Shown here: piece after piece, positions 46,146-55,299 of the stretch
How the letters are laid out: each line of letters starts with the position of its first letter
Position numbering within the stretch: position 1 is the stretch's first letter
Assembly: GCA_963674745.2 (NCBI GenBank)
Contig: CAXXDV010000003.1
Coordinates: 864,001 to 928,000 of the forward strand
Source of the DNA: Desulfosudaceae bacterium
GTDB taxonomy: Bacteria > Desulfobacterota > Desulfobacteria > Desulfobacterales > Desulfosudaceae
Direction of reading: 5' to 3'
Length of the DNA: 64,000 nt
The notes under the pieces: generated by a model
Databases searched by the model: none
Seen by the model: only the letters and a program-made list of their open reading frames with translations
Told to the model about the DNA's origin: nothing
Made by a program: the position numbers and the translations under genes

Positions 46146-47840
46146 TCAGACTAAAATCATGTTGGTTATGGGTGCGCCGGCCGGTACCATGGGGTAGACG
46201 TTCTCTTCACGTTCCACTACAAAATCGATCATAACGGTTTTGGGTGTGGCCAGGGCCTCTTTGATGACCTTCTCGACTTCTTCCGGTTTTGTGGCGCGCA
46301 GGCCGACGGCGCCGTAAGCTTCGGCCAGTTTAACAAAGTCCGGGGCGGCATCCATGGTGGTGCTGGAATAGCGTTTGTCATAAAACAACTCCTGCCACTG
46401 CCGGACCATACCCAGGTATCCATTGTTGAGAATGGCGATTTTGACCGGCAGGTTGTGGCTGACGGCGGTCATCATTTCCTGGATGTTCATCTGGATACTG
46501 CCGTCGCCGGCAACATTGATAACGGTCTTGTCCGGATAGGCGACCTGCGCGCCGATGGCGGCCGGCAGGCCGAAACCCATGGTGCCCAGCCCCCCGGAGG
46601 TGACAAATCGCCGGGGCTTGTCAAAATGATAGTACTGGGCGGCCCACATCTGGTTCTGTCCGACTTCGGTGGTGATAATGGCTTCACCCCTGGTCAGTTC
46701 ATACAGTTTCTCCACCACAAACTGGGGTTTGATCGTCTCTTTCTGATCATAGGCCAGGGGATTGGTGTCTTTCCAGTCTTTGATCTGTTTGAGCCATTTG
46801 TCCCTGTTTTGAATGGCCTTGTCGTCCAGCAGTTTATTTTGCCCGGCGGCCAGTTTGTTCAGGTGCTTAAGCGTTGTTTTGCAGTCACCCACGACCGGTA
46901 CGGAAACGGCCACGTTTTTATGGATCGAAGTGGGGTCTATATCAATATGAACGATGGTGGCCTTGTCGGCAAACTCATCGGTTTTACCCGTCACCCGGTC
47001 GTCAAAGCGGACGCCGATGCCGATCAGCAGGTCGGCGTTGGAAACGGCCATGTTGGCGCGATAGGTGCCGTGCATGCCCAGCATGCCCATCCACAGGTCA
47101 TCCGTGGCCGGGAACGAGCCCAGCCCCATGAGCGACCCGGCCACCGGCACCCGGCAGGTTCTGGCAAAGCGGGTCAATTCTTCGGCGCCGTCAGACAGGA
47201 TGACGCCTCCGCCGGTGAAAATCACCGGCCGTTTGGCGTTCTTAACCAGGTCGATCACCTTGTGAAGCTGTTTGATATTAGGCTCGTAGGTCGGGTTGTA
47301 GGACTTCAGCTTGACCTCTTTGGGTTTGCTGTAATCGGCTTTGGCATTGATGACGTCTTTGGGAATGTCTATCAACACCGGTCCGGGACGCCCGGAACCC
47401 GCGATGTAATAAGCTTCGTAGATAATTCGCGCCAGATCGTTTATATCCTTGACCAGGTAATTGTGCTTGGTGCAGGGCCGGGAAATGCCGACAATATCCA
47501 CTTCCTGAAAGGCGTCGTTACCGATCAGCGGTGTCGGTACCTGGCCGGTGAAGATAACCACCGGGATCGAGTCCATGTAAGCGGTGGCAATGCCGGTGAC
47601 GGTGTTGGTGGCACCCGGACCGGAAGTCACCAGGCAGGTGCCGACCTTGCCGGTGACCCGGGCATAGGCGTCGGCCGCGTGCACCGCGCCCTGTTCCTGA
47701 CGGACCAGGATATGTTTGAAATCGGTGTTTAACAGTTCGTTATAAATGTCCAGAACCGCGCCTCCGGGATAGCCGAAGATGGTGTCCACACCCTGGTCTT
47801 TGAGCGCTTTCATTAATATTTGCGCGCCGGTTAATTTCAT
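46146..47840 (-). CDS. ilvB: Acetolactate synthase large subunit
   Basis: FGYPGG, TSGPGATN, DAFQE, GMHG, RFDDR, GDGS..NN..GMVRQWQ. Confidence 0.96.
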   Translation of the reverse strand: MKLTGAQILMKALKDQGVDTIFGYPGGAVLDIYNELLNTDFKHILVRQEQGAVHAADAYARVTGKVGTCLVTSGPGATNTVTGIATAYMDSIPVVIFTGQVPTPLIGNDAFQEVDIVGISRPCTKHNYLVKDINDLARIIYEAYYIAGSGRPGPVLIDIPKDVINAKADYSKPKEVKLKSYNPTYEPNIKQLHKVIDLVKNAKRPVIFTGGGVILSDGAEELTRFARTCRVPVAGSLMGLGSFPATDDLWMGMLGMHGTYRANMAVSNADLLIGIGVRFDDRVTGKTDEFADKATIVHIDIDPTSIHKNVAVSVPVVGDCKTTLKHLNKLAAGQNKLLDDKAIQNRDKWLKQIKDWKDTNPLAYDQKETIKPQFVVEKLYELTRGEAIITTEVGQNQMWAAQYYHFDKPRRFVTSGGLGTMGFGLPAAIGAQVAYPDKTVINVAGDGSIQMNIQEMMTAVSHNLPVKIAILNNGYLGMVRQWQELFYDKRYSSTTMDAAPDFVKLAEAYGAVGLRATKPEEVEKVIKEALATPKTVMIDFVVEREENVYPMVPAGAPITNMILV

Positions 47841-47854
47841 GTCAATTTCCTTTT

Positions 47855-49525
47855 TTATTCCTTAAACACGGCCCCGGTATTGGCCGATGACACCATTTGG
47901 GCGTATCGTGCCATATAGCCGCGGGTGATTTTCGGGGCCGGTTTTTTCCATTTTGAAAATCGTTTTTTGATTTCCGCCCTGGTGACCTTCAACGTTATTT
48001 TTTTGGCGGGAATGTCGATGGCAATGCGGTCCCCGGTTTTAACGATGGCAATGATACCTTTTTCCATGGCTTCAGGTGAAACATGGCCGATGGCCGCGCC
48101 CCGGGTGCCGCCGGAAAAACGACCGTCCGTGATCAGGGCCACATGTTCGTCCAGTCCCATGCCGGCCAGGGCCGACGTCGGGGTCAGCATTTCCCGCATG
48201 CCGGGCCCGCCTTTTGGACCTTCATAACGAATAACGATGACGTCGCCTCGTTTTATTTTGCCGTTCATGATGGCATTGCTGGCCTCTTCCTCGGAGTTAA
48301 ATACCCGGGCCGGACCTTCATGTTTCATCATGGCCGGTACCACCGCCGACTGCTTGACCACACATCCGTCAGGTGCCAGGTTGCCGAACAGGACAGCCAG
48401 GCCGCCCTGGGCGTGGTGGGGGTTTTTTAGCGGTCGGATGATATCTTTGTCCGCGCCCTTGGAGCCGGTGATATTCTGTCCAACGGTTTTACCGGTGACC
48501 GTCAGGCATTTTTTGTCAATCAGTTTGGCTTTGGATAGTTCCTTTAAGATAGCAGGGATGCCACCGGCACGGTTCAGATCTTCAATATGATTCGGTCCGG
48601 CCGGGCTCAGGGAGCACAGGTGCGGCACACGGGCACTGATTTCATTAATCAGATCCAGGCTGATGGGAACGCCTGCTTCATGGGCCAGGGCCGTCAGGTG
48701 AAGGACGGTGTTGGTCGAACAGCCCAGGGCCATGTCCACGGCCAGGGCGTTGCGAAAAGCGCTTTCCGTCAGGATTTTATCCGGCGTAATTTTTTTCTTG
48801 ATCAGTTCCAGGATCTGCATGCCGGCCTGCTTGGCCAGGCGCAGACGCTCGGCCATGACGGCCGGAATGGTACCGTTGCCGGGCAGCCCCAGGCCGATGG
48901 CCTCGGTCAGGCAGTTCATGGAGTTGGCCGTAAACATGCCGGAACAGGAACCGCAGGTGGGGCAGGCCGCGTTTTCGATCAGGGCCAGTTCCTTTTCGTC
49001 CATTTTGCCTGAACGAACGGCGCCGACCGCCTCAAAGACGGTGATCAGGTCGACCTTGCGTTCCGGGTGCTGGGGGTGCCTTCCGGCCAGCATGGGACCG
49101 CCGCTGATAAAGATGGTCGGAATATTCAAGCGCGCGGCCGCCATCAGCATGCCGGGAATAATTTTGTCGCAGTTGGGGATCATTACCAGTGCGTCAAAGG
49201 CGTGGGCGGTGGCCATGATTTCCACGGAGTCGGCAATCAGTTCCCGACTGCCCAGGGAGTATTTCATGCCGGTATGGTTCATGGCAATACCGTCGCAGAC
49301 ACCGATGGTGCAGAACTCCACCGGCGTGCCGCCGGCCATATAGACGCCGGCTTTGACCGCTCCGGCGATTTTATCCAGATCAGCGTGACCCGGCACCACC
49401 TCGTTGGCGGAATTGGCGATGCCGATGATCGGGCGGTTGATCTCCTGGTCGGTATAACCCATGGACTTGAAGAGTGCCCGGTGGGGGGCTCTGGCGATTC
49501 CCTTTTTGAACGCGTCACTTTTCAT
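47855..49525 (-). CDS. ilvD: Dihydroxy-acid dehydratase
   Basis: [40 protein letters not shown]. Confidence 0.96.
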   Translation of the reverse strand: MKSDAFKKGIARAPHRALFKSMGYTDQEINRPIIGIANSANEVVPGHADLDKIAGAVKAGVYMAGGTPVEFCTIGVCDGIAMNHTGMKYSLGSRELIADSVEIMATAHAFDALVMIPNCDKIIPGMLMAAARLNIPTIFISGGPMLAGRHPQHPERKVDLITVFEAVGAVRSGKMDEKELALIENAACPTCGSCSGMFTANSMNCLTEAIGLGLPGNGTIPAVMAERLRLAKQAGMQILELIKKKITPDKILTESAFRNALAVDMALGCSTNTVLHLTALAHEAGVPISLDLINEISARVPHLCSLSPAGPNHIEDLNRAGGIPAILKELSKAKLIDKKCLTVTGKTVGQNITGSKGADKDIIRPLKNPHHAQGGLAVLFGNLAPDGCVVKQSAVVPAMMKHEGPARVFNSEEEASNAIMNGKIKRGDVIVIRYEGPKGGPGMREMLTPTSALAGMGLDEHVALITDGRFSGGTRGAAIGHVSPEAMEKGIIAIVKTGDRIAIDIPAKKITLKVTRAEIKKRFSKWKKPAPKITRGYMARYAQMVSSANTGAVFKE

Positions 49526-49541
49526 GATGCCTCCTCCTTGT

Positions 49542-49581
49542 AAAAAAAAACCGTTATCAGATTGGCTGATAACGGTTTTTT
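49542..49581 (-). terminator. Attenuator terminator of the ilv-leu operon
   Basis: AAAAAACCGTTATCAG-CCAAT-CTGATAACGG followed by T9, 16 nt before the ilvD ATG. Confidence 0.88.
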
Positions 49582-49609
49582 AAAAAATATTGGGTTTTTC
49601 AAGCCATTA

Positions 49610-49699
49610 TCAGCCCATATGTCCGTCGCGGACCAGTACGACCGCGACTAGACGAATAAGTCGAATCGATAAGCTGATAATTACTTGATTGTTCATCAT
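49610..49699 (-). CDS. ilv/leu operon leader peptide (29 aa)
   Basis: MMNNQVIISLSIRLIRLVAVVLVRDGHMG*, 13 of 29 residues Ile/Leu/Val; RBS AAGGA; overlaps alternative hairpins. Confidence 0.85.
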   Translation of the reverse strand: MMNNQVIISLSIRLIRLVAVVLVRDGHMG

Positions 49700-49812
49700 A
49701 AAATTTCCTTAATTCAAATTAAAAATTCAATACAATGGAAACAGACCACTGTCAAGGCAATTCTGTTTAATTTTTTAAAAAAATGATGACGTTGCCTTAA
49801 GGAACCCGTCTC

Positions 49813-49981
49813 ATAAACCTTCAACCTCCGCTCCGGGCCGCCACGGGGGCCTGCCCCTACACCCGTGGCATCCATGTGTAGGGGCGACCGGCGGGTCGCC
49901 CTTGGACATGGGCGACCCGCCGGTCGCCCCTACAACATTTGCGAACGAACCCCGAACCTTGAACCTTGAACCCCGAACCTA
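49813..49981. repeat. GTAG REP cluster plus heptamer array
   Basis: REP at 49835-49860 (minus); perfect inverted doublet at 49878-49933; GAACCYY array at 49946-49981, the inverse of 9095-9144. Confidence 0.85.
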
Positions 49982-50068
49982 AATTATACCAGTTGATCAT
50001 GTTGTGTGTTTTTTGATATGAGAGGTCATGAAAACAAGTCTGAATCTGCAGATAATGGAGAAAAAGAC

Positions 50069-51028
50069 ATGACAGACAGAACAACCGGATACTGGGGAAT
50101 GAAAGCCCCGCTTTATCTGATTAAAGACTTAAACTGAGCCCTGGCATCCCTGGAGGTCGTTCAGGATATGCTCGGGAAACCTTACGATCCCATGCTGAAG
50201 GCCTTTACCGGGCTGGAAGGCGGGCTGGTTGCCTCCGGATCGACATGCGGAGTGGTGACCGGCGGTGCGGCCGGTATCGCAATGATGAACCTGGATGTTT
50301 TATCCCGGGACGGAACTGAAGCAGAGGCCGGTGTTATGTCTATGATCAAAGACTATATGCAATGGTTTGGACGTAATTACGGCTCCTGTCTGTGCCGCCA
50401 GAGAACCGATGTTGATTTCCAACGTCCATGGGGCCAGGTGCGTTATCTGTTTCCGGGCGACAAAGTGGCTGGATGCATGTGGCATATCAGTGGTGCCGTC
50501 CGTTACCTGCACGAACTGCAACAACAGCCGTTGCCGGATTCACCCCGGTCCGTGTCCTGCGATGCCGGCCGGGTCTCCCATTGCGCCACTACCGTTCTGG
50601 CTGAAATTGAAAAAAAGACCGGTTTGGCGGATGATATTCTGAATCGGATAGCTTTTGTTTTTGACGGCGGGGTAGGGCTTTCCGGCGGCATCTGCGGCGC
50701 CCTGGTCGGCGCCATCCTGGGCATCAACCTGAAGTTTGGTATGGATATCCGGAATATTTCCTATTTGAAAAATTTTAACGGGTTTATTGCCGGGCACCTG
50801 AATCTGTTGCGGAAAAAACCACCGTCCAAAGCCGAGCCGTTTTCCGTGGGTAACAACATTGTACAACAATTTATAAATCAAGCCGGATCCGTTGAGTGTG
50901 CCACCATTACCGGTCAAACATTTTCCGATTACCCGGAATTCTGTCAATATATCGATACGGCTTCAACCTGCCGTGAATTGATGGACATGGCCGCGAAAAG
51001 CGCCGTAGCCGCTATAGAAGCGTTTTAA
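50069..51028 (+). CDS. Two-domain C_GCAxxG_C_C family redox protein, probable selenoprotein (UGA at codon 23)
   Basis: GGAG RBS then ATG at 50069, in frame with ORF 50168 through a single TGA at 50135-50137 (LN-U-ALASL, matching SH-C-ATTVL in the second domain); CGVVTG and CGALVG motifs; downstream SECIS-like hairpin. Confidence 0.8.
50144..50171 (+). promoter_or_regulatory. Putative bacterial SECIS element
   Basis: GCAUC-CCUGGA-GGUCG-UUCAGG-AU-AUGC; the apical loop begins with G 17 nt after the UGA. Confidence 0.65.
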
Positions 51029-51045
51029 AAGAAAGACGACACTTG

Positions 51046-52620
51046 ATGACAAACGCCCAGGTATTCATAAAGGTCCTGCTGCCGGCCCTGATATCCGGAC
51101 TTTTGCTTACGGCCGCTTTCCCCCAAGTAGGATTGTGGGCGCTGGCCTGGGTGGCCCTGGTGCCGCTATTGCTTTCCCTGCGAGATCTGTCACCCAAATG
51201 GTCTTTTGCCGCCGGTTTTTTTGCGGGATGGGCTCACTTTCTTACCCTCGGGTACTGGCTGGTTCCAACAGTCATGACCTACGGCGGCGTTCCCCTGACG
51301 CCGGCCCTGTTGTTTTACCTGGGCCTGGCCGCCTGCCTGGCGGTTTATGTGGCCCTGTTCTGCCTGTTCGTGGCGAGTTTCCCCGGCCGGCCGATAGCCG
51401 TAATGGCAGCGGTGCCGTTTATCTGGGTGGGGCTGGAATTTCTGCGTACCCACCTGTTTACCGGACTGCCCTGGGGGTTGCTTGGATACTCCCAGTTTGA
51501 ACGGCTTTACCTGATTCAGATCGCCGATATCCTCGGGGTTTACGGGATTTCTTTTATTATCGGGCTGACCAACGCGGCGGTGGCGGGCCTGCTTTTGTGG
51601 CTGATGAAGCGCCCCTGGCAGGATATGCCCGTAAGTAAAAGCGGTGTCATGGTGTTGACGGCCGGCGCCCTGGCACTCCTGGGTATCGTCTGTGGTTATG
51701 GCCGGTGGCGGCTGGGAACTATTGATAAAGCTCTGGAAACGGCACCGATCCGCACTATCGCAGTGATTCAGGGCAATATCAGCCAGGGGCAGAAATGGGA
51801 TCGTGCCCATTGTCTGGCCGTGATCAACAAACATCTGGATATGGCGCGCCGGAGCGTTGAATCCCACCCCGATCTGATTGTCATGCCGGAAACCGCCATG
51901 CCTTTTTATTTTTTTTATGAAAAGGATCTTACAGAGATGGTTTGTCGGACCGCACAGGAGACCGGCACTTTTTTACTGGTCGGCGCGCCGGCGTTCAAGG
52001 TGATTCCGGGGGGGATCCTTTCATACAACAGTGCTTTTCTGATTAATCCGGAGGGCACTGTCCTCGACCGGTATGACAAGACCCACCTGGTTCCTTTTGG
52101 CGAATATGTGCCTTTTGGACAATATCTGCCCTTTATTGACAAACTGGTTGCCGGTGTGGGGGATTTTACGCCGGGAACCATGGGCCGGGTGTTATCGATG
52201 GACGGTTGCCGGTTGGGCGTTCAGATATGTTTCGAGATCATTTTTCCGTCCATTTGCCGCAAGATGGTGAATAACGGCGCGGATATGATCATTAATATAA
52301 CCAATGACGCCTGGTACGGCCGAACCAGCGCCCCCTATCAGCATTTTTCCATGACCGTGCTGAGGGCGGTTGAAAACAGGCGTTCTCTGGTCAGATCGGC
52401 CAATACCGGTATCAGCGGTTTTGTTGATCCGGCCGGTCGTATCCGGGGTAGTACCGGGTTGTTTGTAGACAGCACGCCGGTGTACCGGGTGCCGGTCATG
52501 AAAGAACAGGCAATTTATACCCGGATGGGTGATGTGGCGGCCGTGCTATGCACTGTTTTCCTGCTGGTTGTGCCGGTCCGAAGACTAAATGTCTTTATCC
52601 GGCGCAGAAAAAAAACATGA
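51046..52620 (+). CDS. lnt: Apolipoprotein N-acyltransferase
   Basis: TM helices, FTGLPW, QGNI, PETA, YDKTHLVPFGEY, ICFE, TNDAW, RAVE, NTGIS. Confidence 0.95.
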   Translation: MTNAQVFIKVLLPALISGLLLTAAFPQVGLWALAWVALVPLLLSLRDLSPKWSFAAGFFAGWAHFLTLGYWLVPTVMTYGGVPLTPALLFYLGLAACLAVYVALFCLFVASFPGRPIAVMAAVPFIWVGLEFLRTHLFTGLPWGLLGYSQFERLYLIQIADILGVYGISFIIGLTNAAVAGLLLWLMKRPWQDMPVSKSGVMVLTAGALALLGIVCGYGRWRLGTIDKALETAPIRTIAVIQGNISQGQKWDRAHCLAVINKHLDMARRSVESHPDLIVMPETAMPFYFFYEKDLTEMVCRTAQETGTFLLVGAPAFKVIPGGILSYNSAFLINPEGTVLDRYDKTHLVPFGEYVPFGQYLPFIDKLVAGVGDFTPGTMGRVLSMDGCRLGVQICFEIIFPSICRKMVNNGADMIINITNDAWYGRTSAPYQHFSMTVLRAVENRRSLVRSANTGISGFVDPAGRIRGSTGLFVDSTPVYRVPVMKEQAIYTRMGDVAAVLCTVFLLVVPVRRLNVFIRRRKKT

Positions 52621-52731
52621 ATAACCTTGTGCCGGTGTATCCAAAAAAATGGATTTTTACAGAGATTTGTGATATTTGACATCATATTAATTTTTATAAA
52701 ATAAGATAGATATCTATCGGGGGAGATAAAA

Positions 52732-53842
52732 ATGACAACCACCAACAGCGCGGAAACCAGGCAGGTGATAAAGGAGTTGTACGAAAAAGCAGAACAGCTC
52801 AGAGGATATCTTTGACGTACCGGCCATTGAAAAACGGTTGGCGGACATAGAGACCCGGCTGGCCAGTGAGGGGTTCTGGGATAATTCCGAAGAATCGGTT
52901 GATGTCTTAAAAGAGCGCTCTGTGCTTTCCTCAAAGCTGGATTCATTGCAGTCCATTTGCGCGGATATCGAGGACGCGGAGGTCCTTCTGGAGCTTGGAG
53001 AAGAGGAAGACGACGCTGAAGCGATAGTCGACGCGGGCAAACGAGCCTCACGGATCTCCAGGCAAATCGATTCATTTTTTATCGAACTGACGCTGACCGG
53101 TGAAGACGACCCTTCCAACGCCATCCTGTCCATTAATGCCGGTGCCGGTGGCACCGACTCCCAGGACTGGGCTGAAATGCTGTTTCGCATGTATACCCGC
53201 TGGGTGGAGCATAAAGGGTATGGCCTGGATATCCTGGATGTTCAGCCCGGGGAAGAAGCAGGCATTAAGAGCGCCACGGTAAAGGTGACCGGCCGCAACG
53301 CTTTCGGATACCTGAAAAACGAGATCGGGGTTCACCGCCTGGTCAGGATTTCACCATTCAACGCCAGCGGTAAACGCCACACTTCGTTCGCTTCAGTCTT
53401 TGTCTCTCCTGAGGTGGACAAGGATTTCGATATTGAAATCAATGACAATGATCTCAGGATTGATGTGTTCCGGGCCAGTGGTGCCGGGGGGCAGCATGTC
53501 AATAAAACCAGCAGTGCCGTTCGTATCACCCATTTCCCCAGCGGGGTCGTTGTCCAGTGTCAGCAGGAAAAATCCCAGACCAGGAACAAGGAGATCGCCA
53601 TGGCGGTCCTCAAGTCCCGCCTCTACCAGCTTGAAAAGGCGAAGCAGCAGGCCAAGCTTCAGGACATGCATGATAACAAGGATGAAATCGCCTGGGGAAG
53701 CCAGATCCGGTCCTATGTCCTGCATCCGTATCAGAAAGCCAAAGACCATCGGGTGGATGTCGAGATCGGTAATGTCCAGGGCGTGCTGGATGGCAACATC
53801 GATCCGTTTATAGACGCCGTCCTTCTGGGAGGAAAACCTTGA
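52732..53842 (+). CDS. prfB: Peptide chain release factor 2 (programmed +1 frameshift)
   Basis: 27-codon first ORF ending AGAGGA-TAT-CTT-TGA-C (52801-52816); the +1 frame carries the SPF and GGQ motifs. Confidence 0.96.
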
Positions 53843-54435
53843 CCGGTGAATCGGTACAACCGGGGCAGGGTGGCTGTAATTCAGGGATTGATCCGACGGC
53901 GATTATCCGTGATTTCTATGAGTCCGGGTCAAAAGCGTTTAACCTGCTCATCGCCCATGGCCGGCAGGTAACCGAAAAAAGCCTGCGCATCGCCCATCAT
54001 GTCCGCGATCTTTTTCCGGATACCCTCTTTATTGAACAGGCGGCCATGCTCCATGATATCGGCATGATCCGGACCAATACACCGGTTCTGGGCTGCTACG
54101 GCCAACATCCTTATGTCTGCCATGGTATCCTGGGGCGTGAAATGCTGGAATCGATCGGTCTGCGCGATCATGCCATGGTGTGTGAGCGGCATGTCGGGGT
54201 CGGCCTGACCGCAATTGAAATCGAAAATCAGCAACTGCCCCTGCCGCTCCGGGACATGATGCCGGTTACCACGGAAGAGCGGATCATTGCCTACGCCGAC
54301 AAATTCTTCTCCAAACATCCTGATCGTCAGGATGATGAAATTCCTTTTGAACAGGTCGTCAGCGGTCTGGCACACTACGGCCGGCGCCAGGTGGAAACCT
54401 TTCTGTCCTGGGCGGAAATATTCGGCGACCGGTAG
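53839..54435 (+). CDS. HD domain phosphohydrolase
   Basis: H..AMLHDIG..CHG..ERH..YADKF. Confidence 0.88.
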   Translation: MTGESVQPGQGGCNSGIDPTAIIRDFYESGSKAFNLLIAHGRQVTEKSLRIAHHVRDLFPDTLFIEQAAMLHDIGMIRTNTPVLGCYGQHPYVCHGILGREMLESIGLRDHAMVCERHVGVGLTAIEIENQQLPLPLRDMMPVTTEERIIAYADKFFSKHPDRQDDEIPFEQVVSGLAHYGRRQVETFLSWAEIFGDR

Positions 54436-54440
54436 CCTCG

Positions 54441-54493
54441 CTACCGGCCCCCAAAAGGGTCACGGCGCGAACAAAATCTTTTTGCAGGTTCCT
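54441..54493 (+). repeat. 53-bp direct repeat, left copy
   Basis: 52/53 identical to 55209-55261. Confidence 0.9.
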
Positions 54494-54559
54494 GTTGATC
54501 GATCATAACCGCCTTAAATAAATATATACTTCCTTCGGTCGATGAAGAAAACAGCTCTC

Positions 54560-54588
54560 TTGACATGTGCACAATTTGTGCATACAAT
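54560..54588 (+). promoter_or_regulatory. brnTA sigma70 promoter with operator palindrome in the spacer
   Basis: TTGACA - 17 bp - TACAAT; TGCACAATTTGTGCA at 54568-54582. Confidence 0.75.
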
Positions 54589-54597
54589 AATCTTGTT

Positions 54598-54867
54598 ATG
54601 GATTTCGAATGGGATGCCAGGAAGGCTGAAAGTAACTTGAAAAAGCACGGCATTGATTTTGCCGATGCGGTTTTTGTTCTTGAAGATCCCAATGCCATAA
54701 CGATTGATGATGAAAACGAGCAGGAACAACGGTTTGTTTCAATAGGCATTGACTGTTTTGCCAGGGTTTTGGTTGTTGTATACACATGGAGGCGGAACAA
54801 CGTTCGAATTATTTCCGCCCGAAAAGCAACCGGAAAAGAACGAAGGCAATACGAGGTGGGACCATGA
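54598..54867 (+). CDS. brnT: BrnT family toxin
   Basis: MDFEWDARKAESNLKKHGIDF..RIISARKA. Confidence 0.92.
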   Translation: MDFEWDARKAESNLKKHGIDFADAVFVLEDPNAITIDDENEQEQRFVSIGIDCFARVLVVVYTWRRNNVRIISARKATGKERRQYEVGP

Positions 54868-55130
54868 AAAAAGAGTATGATTTTTCCAAAGGAAAGCGCG
54901 GTCCGGCTATACTCCCGGCGTCGAACAAAACAAGAATTACGATTCGCCTGGATAATGATATAATTGAGTGGTTTAAAACTAAAGTACATGAAGCCGGAGG
55001 CGGGAGTTATCAGTCTATGATTAATGAGGCCTTACGCAAGCATATTGAAACGGAAAAAGAGCCCATCGAGAAGGTGTTAAGGCGGGTCATCAGAGAAGAG
55101 CTTCAGCATGGCAATGCCTCGCCCCAATAG
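54864..55130 (+). CDS. brnA: BrnA family antitoxin
   Basis: MKKEYDFSKGKRG..ITIRLDNDIIEWFK..YQSMINEALR; ATGA overlap with brnT. Confidence 0.92.
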   Translation: MKKEYDFSKGKRGPAILPASNKTRITIRLDNDIIEWFKTKVHEAGGGSYQSMINEALRKHIETEKEPIEKVLRRVIREELQHGNASPQ

Positions 55131-55208
55131 TATGATAGTAAGTTGATTTTCAGAAAATTTTTATTCACTCCGTTTTGAATCTGAAGCAGGAATTCTCTTT
55201 GGCTTAGA

Positions 55209-55261
55209 CTACCGGCCCCCAAGAGGGTCACGGCGCGAACAAAATCTTTTTGCAGGTTCCT
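55209..55261 (+). repeat. 53-bp direct repeat, right copy
   Basis: 52/53 identical to 54441-54493. Confidence 0.9.
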
Positions 55262-55299
55262 CTTTAAACAACAGGCCAAATACTGCATAATGATGATCT

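Noticed and set aside
50069..50167. Pseudogene interpretation of the in-frame TGA
   Set aside because: The TGA falls at a conserved Cys position with a SECIS-like hairpin and the rest of the frame is intact, so Sec recoding fits better.
52732..52815. prfB as a frameshifted pseudogene
   Set aside because: Canonical programmed frameshift signal.
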